This document shows, piece by piece, positions 1-9,127 of a DNA stretch of 64,000 bases. Position numbers and translations under genes: made by a program. Position 1 is the stretch's first letter; each line of letters opens with the position of its first letter. This DNA comes from a virus (Duplodnaviria > Caudoviricetes). The DNA is taken from positions 1 through 64,000 of IMG/VR virus record IMGVR_UViG_2706795801_000001, one strand, 5' to 3'. The notes below the pieces were generated by a model that was not told where the DNA came from, made no database searches, and was given only the letters and a program-made list of their open reading frames with translations.

Positions 1-91
1 AACAATGTTTTACCTCTTCACCTTGCTTGCACACAGCAAGCCACTATTACAATGTTGGTGCATAGTGTATGCACACACTAATACACTTCCC

Positions 92-282
92 AAATGATAA
101 CGTCTATCATTTACACATTAAATACTAATCACAATGTTAATGATTCGCATTTACAATTATGGTGGTCAAATTCACTAATAGTTGGTCAATCTCACAGTTG
201 ACCATATAGATGATAACTATTCTCATTTAACACAGGTTAAACGAGGGTATAGATTTGGGTTAAATGATAGTGATTATCAACT
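92..282. promoter_or_regulatory. Array of four Fur-box-like 21-bp palindromes (92-112, 132-152, 208-228, 262-282)
   Basis: AAATGATAACGTCTATCATTT, CAATGTTAATGATTCGCATTT, AGATGATAACTATTCTCATTT and AAATGATAGTGATTATCAACT resemble the gammaproteobacterial Fur consensus AAATGATAATNATTATCATTT. Confidence 0.6.
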
Positions 283-437
283 AGACCTGAATAAGCTTAA
301 ACCTAGACTGAATGAGGGTTACAGGGGGGCAGATATTTTGTTTACTTAGATATGGATGAGTACTGGGCGCACCCAGTTGCTTAATAGCTGTCTTGGTGAA
401 CTTAGGATTCCTCACAATCAACACTCTCAACACCACA

Positions 438-1130
438 TAGGATATTCTTGTATCCTAGTATATAAAGAGGGGGGGGTATGTTCTATATCCCCAAAATAAG
501 GGGGGAGGGTAAATTGAAGTATTAATACCCGACTAATAAATAATACTAGGAGAATTACCATAGTAATTAAAAATAATCCAACATACCAAAACTCCTGTAA
601 GCTCTATAGTTAAATTGTAATTACAAATGTATAAAAGTATTGGTACTCTATGTTATACCGCTGTCACAGCTCGATACAGGAGCTTTAAGGAGTATATCCT
701 ATTGTGATTGTCATGTAGGTACGTTATGGTGAGGATATTCTCTATATCTGGGGTATACAAACAGCCACCCCTATTTATATTCCCCCAAAACGGGGGAGGG
801 GTTTGTAGAAGGTATCGTAATAAATTACTAAGTAAAATAATAACAGTATCAAAATGTTATAAGTGATGCCATGTGATGATGTGTGACATAATATGTCGTG
901 ATAAGTTTACAGATATTTTACTATAGTGTACTGTGACATAATATGTCTAATAAGAAGGGTATAAATAGTGGTTTGGTGTTATAGTACAGAGAACTTTGAA
1001 TTTACATAACAAAAGGTATGGTAAACATAGGAGGGAAGGTGCCTAGAAGCTGCGTAGCGAGGTTTAAATTAGTTTGGTATAAAAGTTATAGTTTATAAAA
1101 AGAAAACCCCGTCAGGGGCTTCTGAGGAGG
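438..1130. repeat. Degenerate duplicated non-coding module
   Basis: Two copies of GGATATTCT, GGGGTAT, TATAT(T)CCCCAAAA..GGGGGAGGG (about 485 and 777) and AAGCT-N25-GTATAAAAGT (599 and 1047), in the same order. Confidence 0.6.
882..947. repeat. Direct repeat of palindromic operator-like site TGTGACATAATATGTC
   Basis: Two identical copies 50 bp apart, with palindromic core GACATA-A-TATGTC. Confidence 0.7.
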
Positions 1131-1262
1131 TCTAAATAAACGGGGTGATATTCATGAGTTGATACTTTGTTGGCAGTACAATCCCTTGTCTTTCAAACCA
1201 GAATAGAATGTCACATCTATCCATTGTTAACAACCCTAACCTGTCCCACGTCAAGTATAATT

Positions 1263-1604
1263 TTACAAGCATTTATTATCCTGAGCATTATGATACTTTT
1301 CTAGCGTAATAGCTAACGGGATACTATCCTCAGAACCACCGCTAATCAAACCCCAGTTAGAATCTTCAGTCACAAGGTTGGAGTCAATCACTGTAGAATA
1401 CATCCCCAAACTACGTTGAAATTTTAAGGCTCCTAGACAGGGTTTAGTATTATCACTATGACAAGCCCAAGTTTTACCATGAGATTGTCGCATATGTACA
1501 ATCTCTAGTGGTGTTGGTAAGCAACCATAATTCTGTATTTGTGCGGACTCGTCTGTGAATGAGAAAGGACAACCACCTGTAGTACTGCATTGTTTTGTAC
1601 ACAT
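1263..1604 (-). CDS. Cys-rich hypothetical phage protein
   Basis: 113 aa ORF with AGGAG RBS and CPF, YGCLP, WACH and KPC motifs. Confidence 0.7.
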   Translation of the reverse strand: MCTKQCSTTGGCPFSFTDESAQIQNYGCLPTPLEIVHMRQSHGKTWACHSDNTKPCLGALKFQRSLGMYSTVIDSNLVTEDSNWGLISGGSEDSIPLAITLEKYHNAQDNKCL

Positions 1605-1801
1605 TATAGAAACTCCTATTTTATACTAGCTGTTTTATTCAATTGTAAATCGGTATTTTACATTGTTTGAAGTTTCTTGGAAATCTTCAGTTACATCAAT
1701 CCAACCGATACATGTATGTGTTTCTACTTTGATGATATCGTTTAGTATAACATCATCAGGCATATAACCATCAGTGTGACATTTAAAGAATACTGTTTTA
1801 C

Positions 1802-2935
1802 TCATCCTTTGTTTAACTTGGCAATAACGTAGCTTGCAACATCTGCTTCTTCCCCCTTCACATAGGAATTACAGTGCCCATACTGTTGAGCCAAGGAGTA
1901 TATGGTTTTACCAGCCAATTTCTTAATATTAATACCCAAGGTGCTTGTTTTCTTCTCATCTTTGGTTACAGAGTATACTAAATATTCTCCCATTGCAACA
2001 CGGTTTGTGTAACTACCAACACAATGGTGCATCTTAGTACCTTCATTTCTTATAAGTAGTGGACTTTCCAATAGGTTAATCCTGTAGCCTTTATATTCAT
2101 CCTCTTTTACAGTAATATTTTTCATGGAAGGTAATGCTTGTGGAGAGTACTTCCTAGCGTTAATCATTTCTAAATACTCTTCATGTTTTTCTTCCAGTTG
2201 TAATAGTGACCACTTGGCGGGTGTGAATTTCTTACCAACTTGTGAAGCCATACTCTGTGTGTCATTGAAGATGTTTTGTATATGGCGAATATTTTCCTCA
2301 TGGTGCAGTTTATTATTACATAACCACACCCCAGCCTCTGAAAATTGAACAGGAGAATTAAACCCACGTTTCAACACTGTACTTGGAAATTGGTTGAGAA
2401 TTTCTAGTCTTTCTGCCCCGCCCCTACCATCACCACCCATACGGTAGGTTTTAGCTATAAGGTTGTTCCTTGTAAAAGTATTCCTGCATAACTTCTTCCA
2501 TAAGCCCTTACCTAAAGTATTCTTCAGTTCTTGGGGTGACAAGCCTAATAAAAAACTAATAGGTATTATGTTATCTATCTCATCATTTTGTATTTCTTTT
2601 ATAATTGGTAATTGTGTGTGCAGCTTCTCCATTAGGGATGGGTTAGGCTTTCCATTAAACATAAAGCATAACCTTTTAGATAGCTCCCTTACAGGGTCAA
2701 TCCACTGTTGAGTCTTAATGGCATTATGTACTTTCATGAACGCTGAGGGTGTAATCTTATATTGGCTTGTAAACTTCTTGTAGTGTTGACCATTAGGTTC
2801 CCAAGAAAAACCAAACTTGTTGATAACTTCTTCTGGGTTGTTCATCATATTATAACCTTTGAAAGATAACCCCTCAAAAGTAAAACTCCGATCATGATCA
2901 TCACGTACAAAACGATCCACTAAAACAGTTTTCAT
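1802..2935 (-). CDS. PcfJ-domain protein
   Basis: C-terminal EGTKMHHCVGSY...STLGI...QQYGHCN is the PcfJ signature. Confidence 0.85.
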   Translation of the reverse strand: MKTVLVDRFVRDDHDRSFTFEGLSFKGYNMMNNPEEVINKFGFSWEPNGQHYKKFTSQYKITPSAFMKVHNAIKTQQWIDPVRELSKRLCFMFNGKPNPSLMEKLHTQLPIIKEIQNDEIDNIIPISFLLGLSPQELKNTLGKGLWKKLCRNTFTRNNLIAKTYRMGGDGRGGAERLEILNQFPSTVLKRGFNSPVQFSEAGVWLCNNKLHHEENIRHIQNIFNDTQSMASQVGKKFTPAKWSLLQLEEKHEEYLEMINARKYSPQALPSMKNITVKEDEYKGYRINLLESPLLIRNEGTKMHHCVGSYTNRVAMGEYLVYSVTKDEKKTSTLGINIKKLAGKTIYSLAQQYGHCNSYVKGEEADVASYVIAKLNKG

Positions 2936-3327
2936 AAGTATCTCCTTAAATTAAGTAAAACATCACTACTGCTAAGATTACCCAGCAAGTTATGTCAACA
3001 ATCTTAACCCAAGAAGGGGAGTGTGTCCAGCGGTATTTTACTTTCTTTATAAATTTATTCATTAGTACCCTCCATGTCACTTAAAGTTAATAACACTATT
3101 ACAAGTACTACCATGTCACCTAAAAAATTATTAATATATCATTCTCTCATCCAACAACACCTCCAACTATTCAATTAATTCCTGTGCACTATCCTTTGTT
3201 AACACTAAAGTAACAGTACCTTTCTTATCCATAAGCCATGATTCAATAATCTCATCGAAATTATCTAGTGTAATTGTATCCATTTATTTCTCCTGTTATA
3301 AGATGGACAACAAAATTACGTTATAAA

Positions 3328-3627
3328 TTAAGATGGGAATTTGGTGGTGTATATTTTATGTAAAACAACACATAGTAGGTATAAACACACAAACGTGATT
3401 ATTAATGGTATAGGCATTAATAAAAAGGAGCCTAAGAGTACAGGTACCATAGGGAAGAGTGTAACTAATATAAACGCAGCCAAACACTCACCCCACTGAG
3501 TTTCATTACTCCACTTAGGTATTACAAATATCCCAATAAATAAAAATACCCATAAACCTAAGATTGATAACAATAAGTCCACATCCCTTCCCCTCCAAAA
3601 CCAATCAAGAAACATTATTTCACTCAT
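3328..3627 (-). CDS. Small membrane protein
   Basis: About three hydrophobic helices; AGGAGG RBS. Confidence 0.7.
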   Translation of the reverse strand: MSEIMFLDWFWRGRDVDLLLSILGLWVFLFIGIFVIPKWSNETQWGECLAAFILVTLFPMVPVLLGSFLLMPIPLIITFVCLYLLCVVLHKIYTTKFPS

Positions 3628-3628
3628 C

Positions 3629-3840
3629 CTAAACCTCCTTAAATTCTACTTGGTGATGAGTGAAATCTCCATCCCCCGAAGCGTGGATCTCCCACACAAC
3701 TCCATGCTCATCTTCACCTTCAGCATAGTACCATCAACCCTGTGTATATTCAAGGATGTGTTGTGATTTTCAACCCAACCCTACATGGTAATATTATTGT
3801 TTGCATGAGGTGTATCTGTTTCCCAGTAGTATGTTTTCAT
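3629..3840 (-). pseudogene. Decayed small phage gene (nonsense codon plus frameshift)
   Basis: MKTYYWETDTPHANNNITM*GWVENH...VDG, then after a frame change YAEGEDEHGVVWEIHASGDGDFTHHQVEFKEV*, which abuts the next gene's RBS. Confidence 0.55.
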
Positions 3841-3850
3841 CAACCACCCC

Positions 3851-4207
3851 TTATTTAACACTAACCCATTTAATGCTGCGAACCTCTTTAGGTTCCACTT
3901 CTACCATATCATCAAAAGATTGCCATGAGAATCCAGCATCTTCCCAACTATTATCACCAGAGTATGTACAGACGTCAAACATGAAATGCCGTAGTGTATT
4001 GCCATCCATAATTTCAATTACACGAGATTCATCTACACGCCACCGATGTTCAACCGAATCGCCTTGCCATTTAGCTGGGAAACATTCTAACAGTGTCTCT
4101 CTTAGTCCATCAATAGACACATCATAACCTTTCTCAATATTATATTCAATCAATAATTGTGCAAGTGTTTTCTTCATGTTACTCTCCTCTGATATTAATA
4201 TCATCAA
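3851..4207 (-). CDS. Hypothetical protein
   Basis: ORF in co-oriented gene array; likely start at MKKTL. Confidence 0.7.
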   Translation of the reverse strand: MMILISEESNMKKTLAQLLIEYNIEKGYDVSIDGLRETLLECFPAKWQGDSVEHRWRVDESRVIEIMDGNTLRHFMFDVCTYSGDNSWEDAGFSWQSFDDMVEVEPKEVRSIKWVSVK

Positions 4208-5225
4208 TTTTGTTGTAAGTACAACCTAGTCCACCACAAGAAGTACATTCTTCTACAGGAGTGTTGATAACTCCCATAAGATGGTCTAAATATAACTTCA
4301 TATTTTCAACTAAATCTGCAAGACTGTTACCTTTAAACCCTTCAATAGGTGTGTAGTTCTGATACTTCTTACTTGGACACATTTCAAATATTTCTACTTC
4401 TTTGGTGCTAATTGTTTGTGTTTTGAATTGTGGTTTAGCATAACTACGTCCGTTACTTTTTGTAATCTCTGTACTCTTAGTGAAAGGTTTAATGTGTATT
4501 ACCTTCTTAACGGTAAGGCAAAAGTCGTAGTCAGATGTAAGCCTTGCATGTTTAGGGTTAATATTTTCCTTGATATAATTACGTACAATGTTGTATGTAG
4601 TATCTTGTGTGATATAACATGGTCGGTTGTGTAGTACTATATCAGGCGTAAGTAATTCCTCAAGTTCGTAGTAGTGTGTTATAGAGGTAAGGCTTTGCTC
4701 CATCACTTTAGGTGTCCAAGAGCTTCCGTTAGATACACGAATCTTCATATCCTTATAGTTATTCTCTACTAAGGCATATTCAATGTGACCTTTGTAATCT
4801 ACTTCAAATTCCACATCAACCTCAATATTAGGTAAGCGCTCTTGTACACGTTTATATAGCCCACGATAAGCATAATACTTACTACCTTGACCGATATACC
4901 ATTCACAGTCATCTTCAAACTCATCAGCTTCAGTAGGTGTCAATACTTTAGGAATAACACCATCGATATGTGTGGAGTCATCAAGTAACTTCCAAGAAGC
5001 TTCGCCATACCCACCAGATTGGTTCTTTTTGACAGATGTAATTTTATCTTCACCTTTCAAGAAATACCAACCACTTTTATGTTCACTATCTACAGGTTGT
5101 CCACCATTCACCAAAATACCACTGTAAATAGAAACTCGTTGTTTATTGTAGTCACGTTGATTGTTTGCGTAATAAAGACCTTTATCTGTATTATATGCGA
5201 CAATACTTAATTTATTTGTTGTCAT
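4179..5225 (-). CDS. Conserved phage hypothetical protein with C-terminal CxxCxGxG motif
   Basis: 348 aa; AGGAGG RBS; ends CTSCGGLG. Confidence 0.8.
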   Translation of the reverse strand: MTTNKLSIVAYNTDKGLYYANNQRDYNKQRVSIYSGILVNGGQPVDSEHKSGWYFLKGEDKITSVKKNQSGGYGEASWKLLDDSTHIDGVIPKVLTPTEADEFEDDCEWYIGQGSKYYAYRGLYKRVQERLPNIEVDVEFEVDYKGHIEYALVENNYKDMKIRVSNGSSWTPKVMEQSLTSITHYYELEELLTPDIVLHNRPCYITQDTTYNIVRNYIKENINPKHARLTSDYDFCLTVKKVIHIKPFTKSTEITKSNGRSYAKPQFKTQTISTKEVEIFEMCPSKKYQNYTPIEGFKGNSLADLVENMKLYLDHLMGVINTPVEECTSCGGLGCTYNKIDDINIRGE

Positions 5226-5279
5226 AAAACCTCCTATTTAATATATGCTGATTATTTCATATGTTGAAACTGGTGTCAA

Positions 5280-5528
5280 CTATTTATATTTATTGTTTTG
5301 GAAATCTTCTTCTAGGCACTCAGATAGATTCACATCTGTGGTTATAATAAAGTTCCTATGTCCAAAGTGGTTATCACCATCTAGTGTTTTCATCCAATAC
5401 TCAAAATCACATCGTCCTTGCATAACAGCAATTCCTTCATATGAAGTACCTCTGCAATACCAGTACCTAACAACATGACCTACTTTTAATGGTTCTTTAC
5501 CATCCCATCTGATTCTCTCAGTAAGCAT
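5280..5528 (-). CDS. Hypothetical protein
   Basis: 82 aa ORF with GGAG RBS. Confidence 0.6.
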   Translation of the reverse strand: MLTERIRWDGKEPLKVGHVVRYWYCRGTSYEGIAVMQGRCDFEYWMKTLDGDNHFGHRNFIITTDVNLSECLEEDFQNNKYK

Positions 5529-5629
5529 TATCTACTCCCATTTATTGTATTTCATTACACCCAAACACTATCACCTATTTTAATACTCATATGTAAAATT
5601 CTCCTTATAATCCCATACACCTGTGGACA

Positions 5630-5866
5630 TTATCTACCATAAAATCTTAACAGTTTAGATACTTCACCAAGACAGTCACACTCATCAAGCTCGTCTAAGA
5701 GGTTTGACTTTTCCTTCTGAATACGTCTGACCTTTAATTGAAGTTCATAAACTTCTTCATGACTTTGTGGGTCATAATCTTTTTCCTTTTTGGCATCTCT
5801 GTAACCTAATTCAAATATTTTTAATATCATATCATCTAAATCTTCCGTATCATCTTTAAATTTCAT
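5630..5866 (-). CDS. Hypothetical protein
   Basis: 78 aa, translationally coupled to the upstream ORF. Confidence 0.65.
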   Translation of the reverse strand: MKFKDDTEDLDDMILKIFELGYRDAKKEKDYDPQSHEEVYELQLKVRRIQKEKSNLLDELDECDCLGEVSKLLRFYGR

Positions 5867-6228
5867 AATAAATCTCCTACACTTCGCATGATTTGGAAGT
5901 CACTTGTTGTGTTTTGGTTAAAAGGTACTTCCTTAGTTACCCAAGGGTGTACCATAGACATGAATCTATTCCAATCCCACACTTCATTACCTTCCAGACT
6001 TACGTTACCATTATATTTAAGGGTATCGACTATAGGTTTTATCTTGATATTGATAAAATCTAGTAGATTAGCTATATCTATAGTATGAGATTGTATCTTA
6101 TAAATTAAAGGGATATGAATTACCTTTATAGTTTGACCATTTTTAGTATAGGGGTATTCCCCTTGTTCTTTACTGAACTCATCTATTAACCATTTAATTT
6201 TAGGCGTTACTGTTAAATTAGTTTTCAA
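5863..6228 (-). CDS. Hypothetical protein
   Basis: 121 aa, TTG start. Confidence 0.6.
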   Translation of the reverse strand: MKTNLTVTPKIKWLIDEFSKEQGEYPYTKNGQTIKVIHIPLIYKIQSHTIDIANLLDFINIKIKPIVDTLKYNGNVSLEGNEVWDWNRFMSMVHPWVTKEVPFNQNTTSDFQIMRSVGDLL

Positions 6229-6437
6229 ATTAATATACCCCTTTAAATTTACTTATACTACACCACTTCGACCACAATTAGTAATTCACACACTACAGTC
6301 ATCTTTGTACCAGACTTACTAATAATAGCCACCATAAGACTTGCACAGTTTAGTAGCTGTGTTGTGGTCAGATGTGGTTACTCCTCTAGAAGCTCCGTTA
6401 GAGGTTAGAGGTAATAATCCAATAAATAACATTAATA

Positions 6438-7031
6438 CTAATTTGTACATAAGAATTTCTCCATTCGTTCTACGTTATATTGATGGTAGAGATTAATGAT
6501 TTCAACATTATTTGCTATACCTAATTTTACTGCAGTTCCTGTACCACCCTTAACGTTATCACCAATACCTGTAGGTTTAGCCCAACATAGTACGAATTTG
6601 CTCGGAGTACTTAAATCTTTACCTAAGATTTGGAATACATTACGTGTATGGAGTGTCTTAGCACCACGAGAGCAAGCGTCCCAGTTAGGGTGTAAGGACT
6701 CAGCGCGCGCTGCAGCTTCATTGAAGGTGAGTAATCTAGATGCGTTTATATATCCTCTATTATTACTCGACTTACCATTGAAACCTTCCCAAGGTAAGTA
6801 TATTTCCATACTACCACATAATTTATCTAGGCAACCATCTTCTGCTGATTGGTCTGCACCGTTAGCTCCACCAGAACGCACAGTCCAATGAACCCCTGCA
6901 AGTTTACTGGCAATGTGTGTCATTAAGGTTAATATTTCAAGTGGAGTCTCACGACTCCCGATCATTGTGTAGTATTTCCTAGAATGTGGTGTGCAAGTTA
7001 AATCAGCCACTAGTATCTCCTTAAATTTCAA
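6438..7031 (-). CDS. SLOG-family (DprA/Smf-like) nucleotide-binding protein
   Basis: IGSRETP, RSGGANGAD, IYLPW and GGTGTAV motifs. Confidence 0.85.
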   Translation of the reverse strand: MKFKEILVADLTCTPHSRKYYTMIGSRETPLEILTLMTHIASKLAGVHWTVRSGGANGADQSAEDGCLDKLCGSMEIYLPWEGFNGKSSNNRGYINASRLLTFNEAAARAESLHPNWDACSRGAKTLHTRNVFQILGKDLSTPSKFVLCWAKPTGIGDNVKGGTGTAVKLGIANNVEIINLYHQYNVERMEKFLCTN

Positions 7032-7189
7032 TTAAATTATTTTCGAACCAATCTCCTAAATGAGAACTAATTCGCCATTCATTACACTTACTTAAATAAA
7101 ACCACCACATATTCTCGTGTACCATGTAGTACCTACTACCCTCTGCATAATAGTGTGTTGAACCTTCAGGTATTTGCATATATTACCCC

Positions 7190-7891
7190 TTAGAATAAAT
7201 TAATATTGTGTCTTTCTAACACTCTTTGTACTGTACTCTGTTTCCAACTACCCCTTCCAGATGGTGTAGGGATATTAGCATCATTTAAGAAAGTTGCAAC
7301 CTTTTGTTGGGTGGGACGTTTACCTAGGTATTTTAATGCTTTTTTAATCTCAGGTACTACATACATACTTTTTTCCAATGCAGCTTGTTTCCTCTCAGCA
7401 ATAATTTTATCAATATTCTTAGTCCCGTTACCAGAGTTCATACCATAGTTTGGTGAAGCTCTACCGCTAAGTATACCTTTAGCTTTGGCTGCTGCACAAC
7501 CACGTTTAGTACGGTCTCGGATAGACGCACGTTCTTCCTCTGCTAATGCAGCATATATGTGTAACTGTAGGTTTTCTGCACTGGGCATAAGCGCTACTTT
7601 AAACTTAACAGAACCTTCCATATAGAGTGCAATTTGCGACACCCTACGACTCAACCTGTCAAGCTTTGCCACAACTAGGGTAGCACCTTCTTTCTCACAT
7701 AGAGCTATAGCTTTGTTTAGTTCTAACTTTTTATCAGCACCACCTGAAATGAATTCAGAAAAGTCACCTATGATTTCATAACTATCTAAAGTATTCAGGT
7801 AATAGTTGATATCGGCAAGTTGTGAATCCAAACCATGTTGGTTTTTGGTTTTATCTTCTTTACTCAAACGCCTGTATAATACTACTTTCAT
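7190..7891 (-). CDS. Serine recombinase (resolvase/invertase family) with short C-terminal DNA-binding domain
   Basis: YRRLS catalytic motif, LVVAKLDRLSR, EERASIRDRTKRG; C-terminal PTPSGRGSWKQSTVQRVL. Confidence 0.9.
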   Translation of the reverse strand: MKVVLYRRLSKEDKTKNQHGLDSQLADINYYLNTLDSYEIIGDFSEFISGGADKKLELNKAIALCEKEGATLVVAKLDRLSRRVSQIALYMEGSVKFKVALMPSAENLQLHIYAALAEEERASIRDRTKRGCAAAKAKGILSGRASPNYGMNSGNGTKNIDKIIAERKQAALEKSMYVVPEIKKALKYLGKRPTQQKVATFLNDANIPTPSGRGSWKQSTVQRVLERHNINLF

Positions 7892-7958
7892 GGTAACTCC
7901 ATATAAAAACCCAGTGACTTAATATAAGGTTACTGGGTTTATAATGTCAATATTTATT

Positions 7959-8453
7959 TTAATAATTTCCAGCTAGGAAAATTACCCAGCTTATAATATA
8001 AACCATAGCGACATTCTCAAATGTCCATTGCCTCTTAATACTATCCAATACTTTGGTGTTGAACCAAAGAGATAATAATATTAGTTCAAAACCTAACATG
8101 TTCCACCAGATGTAATCCACAGGTGGCATAAACCAATCTGTTATAGTCTGAAATTGTAATATGTTAAGTCCTAGGAAGCCTACAGCTTGTATTGTTACTA
8201 TGTATCTGACCAGTGGAGATTCTTTAAGTAACCTACCTGTAATTATTAAGGTAAGAAGCTCATGTACAGCTTGCATCATGAACCACTCACTACCAGAAAG
8301 ATAATACTCCTTAAAGAATCCAGTTATCATCCAACTAACAGAGAACCAGAATGCAAATTTACGAAACATCATATTAGGGTGAAATATGATAGTAACGATT
8401 ATAAGTATTTTGTAAATAACAGCCCAGTTCTCTATGGGGAGGATGAAGAACAT
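7959..8453 (-). CDS. Multi-pass membrane protein
   Basis: About 5-6 hydrophobic segments; TAATG coupling to the upstream ORF. Confidence 0.75.
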   Translation of the reverse strand: MFFILPIENWAVIYKILIIVTIIFHPNMMFRKFAFWFSVSWMITGFFKEYYLSGSEWFMMQAVHELLTLIITGRLLKESPLVRYIVTIQAVGFLGLNILQFQTITDWFMPPVDYIWWNMLGFELILLSLWFNTKVLDSIKRQWTFENVAMVYIISWVIFLAGNY

Positions 8454-8938
8454 TAGAATAATTTCTTATCTGGTGGTGTACCACTTCCAGCACGAGGAGT
8501 AAGGGTACCACCATTTGTAGGTACTTTAGCTCCCTCCATAGTAGATAACATTGAAGCCACCATATCCTCGTAATATTCAGTCCCAAAAAGTGTTACAGTT
8601 TTACGTTTAGCAGAGGTAACTTTGTATATAGTCTGCTTCTCTAAGGTGATTAATTTGGTGGTATGTTCTAGTTCGTCAGCACTATATACTTTAAAACCAC
8701 AACCAACATCTACACACTCTAGGTATTTGCGGTTATGAACCGAATATTGCTCATAACCGCACATTTCAACATAAACCTGAATAGTCTCCTCATCCAAACC
8801 TTCCAGTAGAATAGCAGTATTCTTCATATCAATAATTTCATTTGGCATAATTGTTTCCTCTTGTGTAGTTGTTAATCCTAAATGTTCATCAAGTTGGTCA
8901 ATATTTTCAATACTAATATAAAACGGTTTAACACTCAT
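8453..8938 (-). CDS. Hypothetical protein with Gly/Pro-rich tail
   Basis: 161 aa; AGGAG RBS. Confidence 0.7.
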   Translation of the reverse strand: MSVKPFYISIENIDQLDEHLGLTTTQEETIMPNEIIDMKNTAILLEGLDEETIQVYVEMCGYEQYSVHNRKYLECVDVGCGFKVYSADELEHTTKLITLEKQTIYKVTSAKRKTVTLFGTEYYEDMVASMLSTMEGAKVPTNGGTLTPRAGSGTPPDKKLF

Positions 8939-9127
8939 GGTTCTATTCTCCTTTAGTTTAAATTAGTGATAATTATAGCGAAGTCAACTTCATCGGTCAA
9001 GGTGTATTCCTGACTATTTTCAATATCATCACATAAATCCGTCAACCCTGTAGATAATGCGCCAGTGTATACTGTTTTGTAATATTGTTCTTGGATAAAA
9101 CTTGATTCCATTGTAGCTCCTTTATCA

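Noticed and set aside
3137-3840. TAG stop-codon reassignment, suggested by two in-frame TAGs where Gln would fit
   Set aside because: Many intact genes (thyA, the MTase, the prohead protease) end properly at TAG, no suppressor tRNA is seen, and one of the two genes also has a frameshift.
7190-7891. Integrase indicating a temperate lifestyle
   Set aside because: Too short for a large serine integrase, and no repressor or att site is evident.
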